Source: Escherichia phage UGJNEcP3
Sequence record: OV876907
Length of the DNA stretch: 64,000 bases
Reading direction: 5' to 3' (one strand)
The translations under genes were made by a program, and so were the position numbers. The notes under the pieces were generated by a model. The model saw only the letters and a list, made by a program, of their open reading frames with translations, searched no databases and had not been told where the DNA came from. The number at the start of each line of letters is the position of its first letter. Position 1 is the first letter of the stretch. Shown here piece after piece: positions 36,091 through 45,656 of the stretch.

Positions 36091-36369
36091 TTAGTATTTT
36101 TCTTCAGGTTGGAAAACGGAACGACAGGCCCACATGGATGCTTCTTTCAAGCGTTCGATTGCCGTACGAATCTGGGCGAGACGTTCATGAGTGAGGTCGA
36201 ATTCTTCATCACTCATTTTATCGACACCTGAGCATGTAAAGGCTTCAACGTATTCTTCTTCTAATGCTTTAAAGATTAAGCCTAATCGAACTTCAGCATC
36301 TTTAATGGCATTCACTTTACCGATTTTATCGTCGGTATGCGGCTTGTAACCTTTGATATCTTCAATCAT
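36091..36369 (-). CDS. Hypothetical protein
   Basis: 92 aa ORF. Confidence 0.45.
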   Translation of the reverse strand: MIEDIKGYKPHTDDKIGKVNAIKDAEVRLGLIFKALEEEYVEAFTCSGVDKMSDEEFDLTHERLAQIRTAIERLKEASMWACRSVFQPEEKY

Positions 36370-36584
36370 TTTACTTCCTCATCAGATGCAATATCATATT
36401 CTACAAAACGAAGGCCATCGTATCCACCACTAACAGAGATATACGTAGTCGGGTAAACAATTTCTTTACCGTTCCATTGGCCACCGTCCCAACACTCCAT
36501 AAAGCCTTGTTCACCCTGTTCGTGGAACCAGTCAACAAACATCTTCAGAGCTTCATCAGAGCCTTCAATTGTCAATTTAGACAT
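36366..36584 (-). CDS. Hypothetical protein
   Basis: 72 aa ORF. Confidence 0.45.
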   Translation of the reverse strand: MSKLTIEGSDEALKMFVDWFHEQGEQGFMECWDGGQWNGKEIVYPTTYISVSGGYDGLRFVEYDIASDEEVK

Positions 36585-36873
36585 ATTTTTTCCAGTCAGA
36601 AATCATATGAATCTCTTGGTCATACGTCAAGAGACTGCGAGTAATAATACCCTTACACGGCCCAGAGATGAACTCGAGAGTGAAGTAAGGAACCTGTTTC
36701 ATTAATCGGATGCTTGGGGCATGACATCTAAAACGAGAGCCCTTAAAGGGCCCTGACATGAATACATATTCTAATGGATAGAAATAAGCATATTCGAAAT
36801 TTGCAGTAAGGTCCTCTCTTCGAACCTTACGTGAGAAATAACAGAACTCAAAAAGCTCTTCATCAGTCATCAT
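36577..36873 (-). CDS. Hypothetical protein
   Basis: 98 aa ORF. Confidence 0.45.
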   Translation of the reverse strand: MMTDEELFEFCYFSRKVRREDLTANFEYAYFYPLEYVFMSGPFKGSRFRCHAPSIRLMKQVPYFTLEFISGPCKGIITRSLLTYDQEIHMISDWKKYV

Positions 36874-37397
36874 TGCATTCCTATCACAAAGAACAGTGGC
36901 AGAGGTTTAGAACCCTGGCACATAAATTTGTTAATCATTACCTGGTAAGCTTCATAGAACTTATCCATCGATGGAAGGCGCATTGGCTCTTCGATAATAA
37001 TCAATAATCGAGTAACTGATAGACCACGATACTTATGGAAGTTATCTTCGTCTAAAAATGAACGCACGGTATCATATACAACAAATCCAGGACCTTCTAC
37101 TTGAAGGTGTGGTTGGGCCTTAGAAACCCTTTTTATTATATTACAGATTTCTCGTGAGCGATGCGAAGAACTTGACATAACAATCACATCATTACCCTTG
37201 GAAACCCAATCAGCTGCGAACTGAGCAAGGGCACTTGTTTTACCTGTTTGACGCCCGCCGTCAAGTCGAAGAGTACCAAACTCTTGCATTCTTGAAGTGG
37301 GTTCGTACCAGGTATATTGGTCTGAGTCTAAACGTTCAATGGCGCGTTCAGCGAAGGCGTGCATTAAGGTTAGATAAATGGGAGTTAAAAATTTCAT
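36870..37397 (-). CDS. Hypothetical P-loop protein
   Basis: 175 aa with GGRQTGKTS Walker-A-like motif. Confidence 0.5.
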   Translation of the reverse strand: MKFLTPIYLTLMHAFAERAIERLDSDQYTWYEPTSRMQEFGTLRLDGGRQTGKTSALAQFAADWVSKGNDVIVMSSSSHRSREICNIIKRVSKAQPHLQVEGPGFVVYDTVRSFLDEDNFHKYRGLSVTRLLIIIEEPMRLPSMDKFYEAYQVMINKFMCQGSKPLPLFFVIGMQ

Positions 37398-37557
37398 AAT
37401 GGTCTCTTAGTTGTGGGGCCGTTCCTTGGCACATAATTCAACCATGTATCCGAATGTAAACCCCTTACCGCACTCGGGCTCGACCTTATTACAGGTAGGG
37501 AAAGGTCCATCACTCAGAGGACGCGACGTTCATGAGGAGAGGGTCGGTTTGCCTTTA

Positions 37558-37857
37558 TTAGAAAGAACCAGAACCTCTAATTGTGTTCTGGCGACCTTTA
37601 TTTTCTAATTCGGAGTGGTCGATTTCATATGCTTGTGCTACGCCAAAGGCCTTTTTAACTTTAGCTAAAGAACCTTTAGATGTAACAATATTAAAAGTAT
37701 TACCTTTGGTAAAATCAACAAAATCGACTTGTACGCCCTGTTTACCGAGGCTTGCTACAATAGCATCAACATATTCTTGGTCTAAATTGCCTTGAACTCC
37801 AATTTGAAATGCTTTAGGAGCTTTGGCTTCTGTGATAAATTCTTGATAAGTTTTCAT
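37558..37857 (-). CDS. Internal-protein-like head protein with capsid targeting sequence
   Basis: N-terminus MKTYQEFITEA matches the T4 IP capsid-targeting sequence (cleaved after Glu by the prohead protease). Confidence 0.7.
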   Translation of the reverse strand: MKTYQEFITEAKAPKAFQIGVQGNLDQEYVDAIVASLGKQGVQVDFVDFTKGNTFNIVTSKGSLAKVKKAFGVAQAYEIDHSELENKGRQNTIRGSGSF

Positions 37858-37900
37858 TGTTATTCCTTAAGTTGATAGAAGTATTCTATCACGGATTTAA

Positions 37901-38317
37901 TTAAGCGTAAATAGCCTTGCCATAATGTTTGTACCAGGTAGGACGCTGTGCAATTTTTTCATCCAAACGGGTCTGAGATATAGCAATAGAAGCTTCGTGT
38001 GGAGTATAGTCACCACGGAATTCCTGAGGAATGTCACTAATGTCCTGGACAGTAGTGTCCTTGATATTAAAACCACGTTTTAAACATTCGGCTATAAGCT
38101 CAATTTGTCGCTTACGTAAAAATTCAAGCTTATCGTAAAAGAATGTAACATGGCCTGTGCCAAGGATAAAAGTAGGACTGATTTTGAAATCACGGACACG
38201 TTTACCATTAGCAACATGCTTACGAACTGCACCGAAAACACGTGGTAATTCACGGTACTCGGCCATTAAGTGTTGGTCAGCCAATTCAGATACTAAGGTA
38301 AGGTTGATACGAGTCAT
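37901..38317 (-). CDS. denV: Endonuclease V, pyrimidine-dimer DNA glycosylase
   Basis: Start trimmed to [34 protein letters not shown]; essentially identical to T4 DenV as recalled. Confidence 0.97.
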   Translation of the reverse strand: MTRINLTLVSELADQHLMAEYRELPRVFGAVRKHVANGKRVRDFKISPTFILGTGHVTFFYDKLEFLRKRQIELIAECLKRGFNIKDTTVQDISDIPQEFRGDYTPHEASIAISQTRLDEKIAQRPTWYKHYGKAIYA

Positions 38318-38377
38318 TTTAGTGTTCTCCATGTTTGTATGAGAACACTATATCACAACTATCGTAAAAATAAACCG

Positions 38378-38680
38378 TTATTTACCTTTAATTGCTTTAG
38401 CTGCTTCGGTAGCCGCTTGCTGAAGGTCATCCATAGACATACCGAATTTAGAAGCAAAGTTATCAATTTTCTTTTCGACAGAATTCAAAGGCTTGGCCTG
38501 TTTACCTTCATTAGCGCCAGGGAGAGCGAGAATACGCTCTTTCTCAATATAAAGGCTTACAAGTTTCTTACGGTCTTTATCTGGCAAATCATGAAATGAA
38601 TGGGCCTTTTTATTTACGGCGGCTTCTAATTTACCTGCAGTTACGCGGGCTTCAGTGATAAATTCTTGATAGGTTTTCAT
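38378..38680 (-). CDS. Internal-protein-like head protein with capsid targeting sequence
   Basis: N-terminus MKTYQEFITEA. Confidence 0.7.
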   Translation of the reverse strand: MKTYQEFITEARVTAGKLEAAVNKKAHSFHDLPDKDRKKLVSLYIEKERILALPGANEGKQAKPLNSVEKKIDNFASKFGMSMDDLQQAATEAAKAIKGK

Positions 38681-38721
38681 ATGTTTCCTTTAAAGGTAAA
38701 TAGGTCTAAGTAATCTCTTTA

Positions 38722-39318
38722 TTAATTACCACGGGCTGCATTAGCAACGGCGTAAGCGTACTGAATATTAGCGTCTTTAAACGTACCTTTAGAGGTATCT
38801 ATTTCTGCCTTAAAGCCGCCTTTAGCCATAACATCAGCAAATTCTTTACGGAAAGTCATTGCATCAAGACCTTTCCATGTTGATTTGTGCTTGGCAAATT
38901 CAAGACCAGCGAAGTTAACTGCTTTAGCCAATTTATTATCAATAGTCCATTTACCTGCTTTAGGTACAAATACCGGACCTTTCTGTTTAGAGAACAGTTT
39001 TAAATTCCAGCGACGAAGGTCACCGTCAGCTTTAACAAAAGCTGCGTCCAAGTTACTAGCAACAACATCTTGGATATGGGCAAATTTAAGTCCATCAGCT
39101 TCAATATTTAGGTCGTTACGCCAGCGAAGTCCTTCCCAGGCGAAAGCTTTAAAGTCGGAAGCTTTTGTAGCCAAGTACCGTTCAATAGGAGCTGTTTTAG
39201 CGTCAAAACCGTTTCCTGGGTTGTCAACGCCGTTTCCTTTGTAAGTCCACTCATCTTTATTAATGCCTTGGACCTTTCCTACAGAAGCTTCGGCGATAAA
39301 TTCTTTATACGTTTTCAT
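38722..39318 (-). CDS. Internal-protein-like head protein with capsid targeting sequence
   Basis: N-terminus MKTYKEFIAEA. Confidence 0.7.
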   Translation of the reverse strand: MKTYKEFIAEASVGKVQGINKDEWTYKGNGVDNPGNGFDAKTAPIERYLATKASDFKAFAWEGLRWRNDLNIEADGLKFAHIQDVVASNLDAAFVKADGDLRRWNLKLFSKQKGPVFVPKAGKWTIDNKLAKAVNFAGLEFAKHKSTWKGLDAMTFRKEFADVMAKGGFKAEIDTSKGTFKDANIQYAYAVANAARGN

Positions 39319-39400
39319 ACGGGTTCCTTAAAGGTAAATATTTTAATTGGTCTGTTCAAGTAACTGTAGATATACTATCACAATTCTAGGAGATGTAAAC

Positions 39401-39799
39401 TTATTTGTAGGTTTTCATCCAATTCTTGAACAAAGCCGCGACGTCTTTCTCTTTAACGTTCAGTTTAACATCCAACATTTTACCACCCGCTGCTCTTGTT
39501 TGGCGAATCTTAGCAGTACCGGTTTCGCCATTCCACTCAACATAATACTGTCCAGTGTTCATTGCAATACCATCGCCGTAGTCTTCGTTTTTAGAAGTGG
39601 TGAAGGCCAGCTTCATAGTCTTAGAGACACGAGCCTGCATGCCTGTCTGAAGAGCATTACGAACGCGAATAACCTGAGGAGTGGCCTGGGTCAGGTTCTC
39701 ATTCAGTTCTTCAGTGAACTCTTCAGATTCAAACATAGCCAAAAGTTCTTTAGATGCAGGAATTACATTCTCTGCGATAAATTCATTATAAGTTTTCAT
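39401..39799 (-). CDS. Internal-protein-like head protein with capsid targeting sequence
   Basis: N-terminus [11 protein letters not shown]. Confidence 0.7.
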   Translation of the reverse strand: MKTYNEFIAENVIPASKELLAMFESEEFTEELNENLTQATPQVIRVRNALQTGMQARVSKTMKLAFTTSKNEDYGDGIAMNTGQYYVEWNGETGTAKIRQTRAAGGKMLDVKLNVKEKDVAALFKNWMKTYK

Positions 39800-40280
39800 A
39801 TGCTTTCCAAGTACCTGTTTTAAATGTAGAAATCACGCGCTTAGCACGATTAGGAGTTTGTCTATACCAACGAGATTGGGCCAGGTTAACTGCCGCATCG
39901 TCCCAACGTTTCTGTTGGAGCATACGTAAAGAGTTAGTGAACCCGGCTACACCTGCTTCACCCATCTGGAAGACCATGTTAATTAAAGCACAACGACGAA
40001 CTTCGTCTAATACATCATAAACAGGTTTCAATTTAGGATTACGCAGAATAGCTCTACGAGCATTTTCAACCGATCGATTAAAGAGTTGCTCGGCTTCAGC
40101 CATAGTAATACGACCATTACAAACTCGGCCCATAAGCTTATCAAGTTCAGCACGAGCAACATCTTTAGATGGGTTCTTGGTAACTAACTGGCCAATACCA
40201 ATAGTCCAATAACCTTCGGTGTCTTTATAAAGATTTAAATCAAGACCTTCGTCTTGACGCAACATATCAAAAATATCCAT
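39786..40280 (-). CDS. e: Endolysin (T4 lysozyme)
   Basis: 164 aa; DEGL...[13 protein letters not shown]...[30 protein letters not shown] closely matches T4 lysozyme. Confidence 0.95.
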   Translation of the reverse strand: MDIFDMLRQDEGLDLNLYKDTEGYWTIGIGQLVTKNPSKDVARAELDKLMGRVCNGRITMAEAEQLFNRSVENARRAILRNPKLKPVYDVLDEVRRCALINMVFQMGEAGVAGFTNSLRMLQQKRWDDAAVNLAQSRWYRQTPNRAKRVISTFKTGTWKAYENL

Positions 40281-40284
40281 AATA

Positions 40285-40310
40285 CCTCCTGAGTATAGGA
40301 GGTATTTATA
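40285..40310 (-). promoter_or_regulatory. Late promoter TATAAATA plus SD-sequestering hairpin upstream of gene e
   Basis: Minus strand TATAAATA (about 40303-40310) then CCTCC-TATACTCA-GGAGG hairpin whose 3' arm is the Shine-Dalgarno of e. Confidence 0.65.
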
Positions 40311-40760
40311 TCAAAAGAGCGAATCTAAAACCTTAAACATCGACGGGCCCATGACATATTCCCATTGCGGACGTTTAATCAAGGCAAAAGCATCAAATTC
40401 AGGAATAGTACGACCATCAGGGAACGTATGGTAAGCTGTACATTTGCAATCCTTGAACTGCTCGTGTTCCACAGGCACTGTATATAAGAACAGATGTAGA
40501 TTCTTATTGCTTGAATATTTGAACTCACCTAGGTCTTTCAGGAATGCAGGATCGTATGCTGTGAATCCAATCTCTTCTTCGGTTTCGCGCATTGCCGCTT
40601 GAATAGGCTCTTCGCCTGGTTCGACATGACCCTTAGGAATGTCCCATTTATGACGCATGTTCTCTGGATTACGAGAGCCTGTTACACGGCCCATGACCAG
40701 TTCTTTATCAACGGTCATGAATAAAATACCTGCCGATAATTCCTTAGCTTTCTTACTCAT
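40311..40760 (-). CDS. nudE: Nudix hydrolase NudE
   Basis: Start trimmed to MSKKAKELS; Nudix box GHVEPGEEPIQAAMRETEEEIGF. Confidence 0.85.
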   Translation of the reverse strand: MSKKAKELSAGILFMTVDKELVMGRVTGSRNPENMRHKWDIPKGHVEPGEEPIQAAMRETEEEIGFTAYDPAFLKDLGEFKYSSNKNLHLFLYTVPVEHEQFKDCKCTAYHTFPDGRTIPEFDAFALIKRPQWEYVMGPSMFKVLDSLF

Positions 40761-40989
40761 CGTCTCGTTCCCATGATTGTTTAAAGATATCTCGTATAAT
40801 AATTTCAACACATGTTTCTGTTGACGGGCTTTCACTATCAGATATTTGGACCATATAATCAGAAATAGGTCGGAACATATCCAAGTCACTTTCTAAATCT
40901 TCTTTGATTTTCTCTTCTGATGTTCCGGTGTCATAGGAATACAGATAAGAATCACATGACTCAGATTTAATATAAATTGCAATACTCAT
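40753..40989 (-). CDS. Hypothetical acidic protein
   Basis: 78 aa ORF. Confidence 0.45.
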   Translation of the reverse strand: MSIAIYIKSESCDSYLYSYDTGTSEEKIKEDLESDLDMFRPISDYMVQISDSESPSTETCVEIIIRDIFKQSWERDDE

Positions 40990-41573
40990 TTACGGCATTC
41001 CTTAATAAAAGAGTTTAATGTATTTTTCTTAGTGATATCGTCATATACCTTTTTAACTTTAGAAATACGAAAAGGTACTTCGATAACAGAGGTCCATAAA
41101 AATGATGCGATAAGACCTAAGATAGCAGCAGACATCGCTGAAGCGAATACACAAATAGGCAGGTCATTATCTGTTGTCAGGAAAAACCCTAGGAGTGGGA
41201 AAAATAATATACCCATCCAAACATAGAATCTAGAACTCACCAATTTGTCGTATTCATCACTCCATGCACGGAAGCCGTATTTTTTGCTATAACAAATCAA
41301 TGGGTCTGGAGTCTGTTCTTTATGTGGTTCCGCTTGCCAGCCGTTTACGATATAGCCCATTTTATATTCCTCAATTAAAAGCTGTTTCATTTCGGCAGTA
41401 CAACCTGACCAATCTATTGTACTGGCTGAAATTCCTTCATCGCCGTCATCGATATTTCGCCAGGACTTTTTAATAATCATAGTCTCACCACTTGGGATAA
41501 TAATTCCAGCATTTTCCGACCGACGGATGAAGTTTGTGTCAATACCCATACAACCGGGTTCATAAAGGGCCAT
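40986..41573 (-). CDS. Hypothetical membrane protein (FIKEC C-terminal family)
   Basis: 195 aa, TM helices, C-terminus LNSFIKECRK. Confidence 0.5.
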   Translation of the reverse strand: MALYEPGCMGIDTNFIRRSENAGIIIPSGETMIIKKSWRNIDDGDEGISASTIDWSGCTAEMKQLLIEEYKMGYIVNGWQAEPHKEQTPDPLICYSKKYGFRAWSDEYDKLVSSRFYVWMGILFFPLLGFFLTTDNDLPICVFASAMSAAILGLIASFLWTSVIEVPFRISKVKKVYDDITKKNTLNSFIKECRK

Positions 41574-42262
41574 TACCAGCCCTCCATAGGGAATTCCAGA
41601 TATACTTGAGCATTAACGCGGATTTCATTTGTAATCTTTTTAACACGGTCTGTATTACGAGACACACGACCAAACCAGCGCCACCCGTTACTTACTGCAC
41701 GAGAACCTGTATGCCATGTCTGCCAATCAAACTGGAGCAACGTGCGGTCAGGAGCATCCCACTTGGTTAATTCATTGGACTCAATTTTTTCCAGAACTTC
41801 TTTATGCCACTGGCGATAGATAAGTTCGCCTTCAGGAATCTGACTAAATTGAGCAGTTCCGGTTGCAAAATGAGTAGGACACACATCAGCGTTAACAAGA
41901 CCAAGAATATGTTCAGAATGGTATCGAGGATTATCATAATCAGGTTGCCCTGCGGTAATAAAGTGTTGACCCACCGGAATATCCGGGCGTGGTACATCAT
42001 CATGGTGGAAGCCTGGAATTGCAGGGTACCAGCCAGGCATTAACATATGTACACGGGAATCAAATACAATATCAGGGCCACATTGCCAATCTTCAGGCAG
42101 GTTTTCAATAAAGCTACGAGTAATAGGACCGCCGTGTTTATGAGCAAAATAAGCATCGCAATTAAAGAACATAGGCTCATTTTTAATCATATCATTATTG
42201 ATATCTTGAGCAAAACCACCGACTGCACGAGCTTGAGAATTAAAAGTTTTCGGGCCGTTCAT
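41573..42262 (-). CDS. Hypothetical protein
   Basis: 229 aa ORF, His/Asp-rich; function not recognised. Confidence 0.55.
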   Translation of the reverse strand: MNGPKTFNSQARAVGGFAQDINNDMIKNEPMFFNCDAYFAHKHGGPITRSFIENLPEDWQCGPDIVFDSRVHMLMPGWYPAIPGFHHDDVPRPDIPVGQHFITAGQPDYDNPRYHSEHILGLVNADVCPTHFATGTAQFSQIPEGELIYRQWHKEVLEKIESNELTKWDAPDRTLLQFDWQTWHTGSRAVSNGWRWFGRVSRNTDRVKKITNEIRVNAQVYLEFPMEGW

Positions 42263-42276
42263 AATATTTTCCTCAA

Positions 42277-42567
42277 TTACTTTTTGTTGAAAAAGTACAT
42301 TTTACCTTTAGGAGATAAGGATACACGAAGTGCGTTACCAATACCAACTGAACATTTAACCAGGTCAGCAGATTTCAATTCACCAAATGCTTGACGAAGG
42401 TCACCGTCACGAGTGTTAACCATCAGACATTTAGCACCAGCTGCACGAACTTCGTTTAACATGTTGATTGCTTGGTTAGAAAGTTTCATTTTATTCTCCA
42501 TTTCACTCTGTTGTTTTGATAGGTCTATAGTATCACACCTATAGACCTTGTATACTGTTTTATGCAA
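42277..42567 (-). CDS. Hypothetical protein
   Basis: 96 aa ORF. Confidence 0.45.
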   Translation of the reverse strand: MHKTVYKVYRCDTIDLSKQQSEMENKMKLSNQAINMLNEVRAAGAKCLMVNTRDGDLRQAFGELKSADLVKCSVGIGNALRVSLSPKGKMYFFNKK

Positions 42568-43605
42568 TTATTTTTCGAAAGGACGAATTAAATGATGGTT
42601 ATCTTGGAACCGCTTGATGTAGTCATTTTCACCTAGGGTCTTATACATGTTCACTACCGAGTTATAATTCTCGTATGCGTATTCGCGGAACCAACCTGAA
42701 GTGATTGAGGTGCACACTTTCTCAAGAGCCATATAGAAACTTAATGACGGCGAAATATTAAAGTCATTAGGAACCTGTGAACGTTCTAGTGCCAGGACAC
42801 AAGTTTCTTCATACACACCGGCCAATTTAATAGCTTCAGGCAAAGCTTCAAACTTCTCACGAGAGGTCATGACTTCAGAACCATCCTTCATATAAAAGGT
42901 ATATGCAGGGCGCCCTGCCAATGCTACTGCTTCGTGGATGGAGTCATGGTCCAGCGTATAAATGGTATCATTAAAGAATGATGATTTGTTAACGTCTAAT
43001 TTAGGGTGAGAATAGCTCAACGTTTCTTTTTGACGTTGCAACATAATTTCCTGGAGTTCTTCGTTCAGGGTCACGCCTTTATTACGAAGGTATTTGATGT
43101 GGGACATAGTTTTCAAGAAGAACGGATTATTCTTAAGGAAACGATGAGAGGTTTTGATAGCCAGACAGATATCAGGGGTTGCCCAATAGAAACCTGTAAG
43201 ACGGTCCTTTTTAATATGATTTTCAGCATATTTCAGGAGACGATAGCTTGAGGTGTAGTCTTCATCTTGGAGCTCACCGGTAATTTCTCGTACATTAGTC
43301 AGGGCACGGACGATATAAGCTTCGAAATAGGTTTCTTTACCATTATGCATACATTTGAAAGCCTGAACATCAGGATTGTCAACGTGTACATGGGCGCCGA
43401 ACATCCGAGCTTTAAAGTGGTTCCATGAGCCTTGGTCGGCAATGAAATCCCAATCAGAATTTTCGATATACTTATTTTCAATCAGACCTGCGTGGTGCAG
43501 TGCACGAGAACCAATAACTAGCATCATAATATTTTCCTCAGTAAACTTAAATTTCGGCAACGTAAGTATTATGTAATTCCCACATATCATTGGAATTACT
43601 CTCAA
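42568..43605 (-). CDS. Hypothetical protein, possible nucleotidyltransferase fold
   Basis: 345 aa; GSRALHHAG...SDWDF weakly fits G-S-x(n)-D-x-D; start uncertain. Confidence 0.5.
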   Translation of the reverse strand: MRVIPMICGNYIILTLPKFKFTEENIMMLVIGSRALHHAGLIENKYIENSDWDFIADQGSWNHFKARMFGAHVHVDNPDVQAFKCMHNGKETYFEAYIVRALTNVREITGELQDEDYTSSYRLLKYAENHIKKDRLTGFYWATPDICLAIKTSHRFLKNNPFFLKTMSHIKYLRNKGVTLNEELQEIMLQRQKETLSYSHPKLDVNKSSFFNDTIYTLDHDSIHEAVALAGRPAYTFYMKDGSEVMTSREKFEALPEAIKLAGVYEETCVLALERSQVPNDFNISPSLSFYMALEKVCTSITSGWFREYAYENYNSVVNMYKTLGENDYIKRFQDNHHLIRPFEK

Positions 43606-43786
43606 CGATAGGAATTATCTCATTAGAGATTTCTTCTGCATAAGGGTCATTGATACAGTGAGCATCTTCAAAACGAACACCGTAATCAGACTTCTTATAA
43701 GAGAAGCCATAAATCTTTTTAAACTTGGCACGAGTAATGCGTACCGGTTCATTAGACTTATCGGACATCGGGGCGTAATACCACAT
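43547..43786 (-). CDS. Hypothetical protein
   Basis: 79 aa ORF. Confidence 0.4.
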   Translation of the reverse strand: MWYYAPMSDKSNEPVRITRAKFKKIYGFSYKKSDYGVRFEDAHCINDPYAEEISNEIIPIVESNSNDMWELHNTYVAEI

Positions 43787-43829
43787 ATGTACTCCTCATG
43801 TTTGTGTAAGGTAATAGTAACACGTATTT

Positions 43830-44180
43830 TTAGAGTTGTACATCACTTCTGCAATATTCTAAAAATAATTTATCGTTGTCTACTGTATCCCAACGACGCC
43901 AAGATGGATTCCAGACCAGAGCGTTGTCACCACAATCATTGAGCTTAAAATGGTCGTAGTACATAGCTATATGTCTAGTTTCGTCACCAGAGAACCCCAG
44001 TATAGGCTCACCATGGGTGTGATACATATGATGGTGCATTGAGAGGTCGCATTTGTAAAACATCTCACGTTTACCACGAACGAACAAGAAGGCCTGTCCA
44101 TTCATATAGAATTCTTTATTTGTTTTCAAAAGATATTTGAATACTGAATCTTTATGCATAAGTCCTCCTACCACATCCAT
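43830..44180 (-). CDS. Hypothetical protein
   Basis: 116 aa ORF. Confidence 0.45.
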   Translation of the reverse strand: MDVVGGLMHKDSVFKYLLKTNKEFYMNGQAFLFVRGKREMFYKCDLSMHHHMYHTHGEPILGFSGDETRHIAMYYDHFKLNDCGDNALVWNPSWRRWDTVDNDKLFLEYCRSDVQL

Positions 44181-44189
44181 GTGGTTAAA

Positions 44190-44417
44190 TTATTTTCCTA
44201 ACGAAACACGAGTAGGTTTTTTACCAAAATAGTCTTCGTAAGAACCATCTAAACGGCCTGCTTTAGACCGACAATACGAATCATACTTTTTGTAATAAGT
44301 CATCTCGGTATTATAACGTGGGTGTCTATCAGCCATAATAATACTTAGTGGCCAACCTTTGGCATAATCGCGAAGACCATTTATTTTACGAATGTATCGT
44401 TTTTTCAATTTTAGCAT
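44190..44417 (-). CDS. Hypothetical protein
   Basis: 75 aa ORF. Confidence 0.4.
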   Translation of the reverse strand: MLKLKKRYIRKINGLRDYAKGWPLSIIMADRHPRYNTEMTYYKKYDSYCRSKAGRLDGSYEDYFGKKPTRVSLGK

Positions 44418-44635
44418 GAGCTTGGGTACCAGATTTTACCATCGGCCTGAGCAACGAAGGTGCGACCAGCTTCTTCACCATAACAAGAGCTATTCAGCCA
44501 ATCTTCGAGACGAACTTCACCGTCATAATCATCGAGCTCAACACCGAAATCCTGGGCAGAAGCCATATCTTTTACTTTCTTATACAGTGCAGCCAGTTCA
44601 AGAGCAGCTTTTTCTAATTCATTAATATCAGACAT
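44411..44635 (-). CDS. Small protein, W-x-SS-x-x-C family member 1
   Basis: Trimmed to MSDINELEKAAL (SD AAGGAAA); ends KIWYPSSC. Confidence 0.5.
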   Translation of the reverse strand: MSDINELEKAALELAALYKKVKDMASAQDFGVELDDYDGEVRLEDWLNSSCYGEEAGRTFVAQADGKIWYPSSC

Positions 44636-44645
44636 TTTTATTTCC

Positions 44646-44858
44646 TTAGCAAGACATAGAAGAAGTAAACCAGAAACCATCACCATCAGGAATGCCGTAA
44701 TCATCACGGACCCATTCGTAATCATCATATTCCGGGTTCTTTGGAGAAATGTATTGTCCACGACCAGAAACATGGAACTCTTCACCTGTTTCGTCAGCCA
44801 CGGACTGGCCTTTACGTACTAATTCACGGATTTGTTTTTCAATTTCATCAATAGTCAT
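44646..44858 (-). CDS. Small protein, W-x-SS-x-x-C family member 2
   Basis: 70 aa; ends GFWFTSSMSC; SD TAAGGTAA. Confidence 0.5.
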   Translation of the reverse strand: MTIDEIEKQIRELVRKGQSVADETGEEFHVSGRGQYISPKNPEYDDYEWVRDDYGIPDGDGFWFTSSMSC

Positions 44859-44867
44859 TTTATTACC

Positions 44868-45065
44868 TTAGCATTCGTAAGAGGAGGACACCCAAGAGGT
44901 ACCACTAATAGTAATACAACCGTTATAAAGCGTGATATGTCGTTCTAGGTCACGAACACCATCGATATAGATATCAGCTTCTTCGCGTTCTTCTTTACAA
45001 ATCTGGATAACGTTTTCAATAGCTGCGGCTGCAGTACGGATTGCACAATCTAGTTCACGAGACAT
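44868..45065 (-). CDS. Small protein, W-x-SS-x-x-C family member 3
   Basis: 65 aa; ends TSWVSSSYEC; SD TAAGGAA. Confidence 0.5.
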   Translation of the reverse strand: MSRELDCAIRTAAAAIENVIQICKEEREEADIYIDGVRDLERHITLYNGCITISGTSWVSSSYEC

Positions 45066-45074
45066 AATAATTCC

Positions 45075-45356
45075 TTAACATTCAGAAGAAGAGGATACCC
45101 ATCCACCATTTTCTAGGCTGGTAGTGTAATCATGTTGGTTTACAATAGCGTACTGAGCTTCACCGTATTCTTCCCAGTGGGCAAGGTCGGCTTTCAGGGC
45201 GCCAGGAGAATAATAGTCACCGCCCATACCGCGAGCAGGGTATATATTAAAATGAGTCTCATATTTGTTAGCAATTTCCTCAGCACGACGAATAGCTTTA
45301 TGAATATCATTTACTGCTTCAGCCAGCTCTTTATTTTTACGGTAATCATTCATCAT
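45075..45356 (-). CDS. Small protein, W-x-SS-x-x-C family member 4
   Basis: 93 aa; ends GGWVSSSSEC; SD TAAGGAAA. Confidence 0.5.
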   Translation of the reverse strand: MMNDYRKNKELAEAVNDIHKAIRRAEEIANKYETHFNIYPARGMGGDYYSPGALKADLAHWEEYGEAQYAIVNQHDYTTSLENGGWVSSSSEC

Positions 45357-45365
45357 AGAATTTCC

Positions 45366-45656
45366 TTAGCACATTGCTGAAGAGGAGACCCAAGCACCAA
45401 CTGTAACGACACCGTTTTCAACTTCACCGCCATTGTTTTCAATTTCATCTTTAAACCACTGGGAGCATTCATAACCGACAGGATAATATGTACGGCCTGA
45501 ACCATAATCACCGGTACCGAATTGAATACCGTACTTATCGGCAATAGCTTCGCATTCATGTTCGATGGTATCTACTTTATTCAGAAGAGCATAGATAGCC
45601 TTTTCTGCAGACAGCGCGCTGTTGTATTCAGGGATTTCAATTTCAATTTTATTCAT
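45366..45656 (-). CDS. Small protein, W-x-SS-x-x-C family member 5
   Basis: 96 aa; ends GAWVSSSAMC; SD TAAGGAA. Confidence 0.5.
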   Translation of the reverse strand: MNKIEIEIPEYNSALSAEKAIYALLNKVDTIEHECEAIADKYGIQFGTGDYGSGRTYYPVGYECSQWFKDEIENNGGEVENGVVTVGAWVSSSAMC

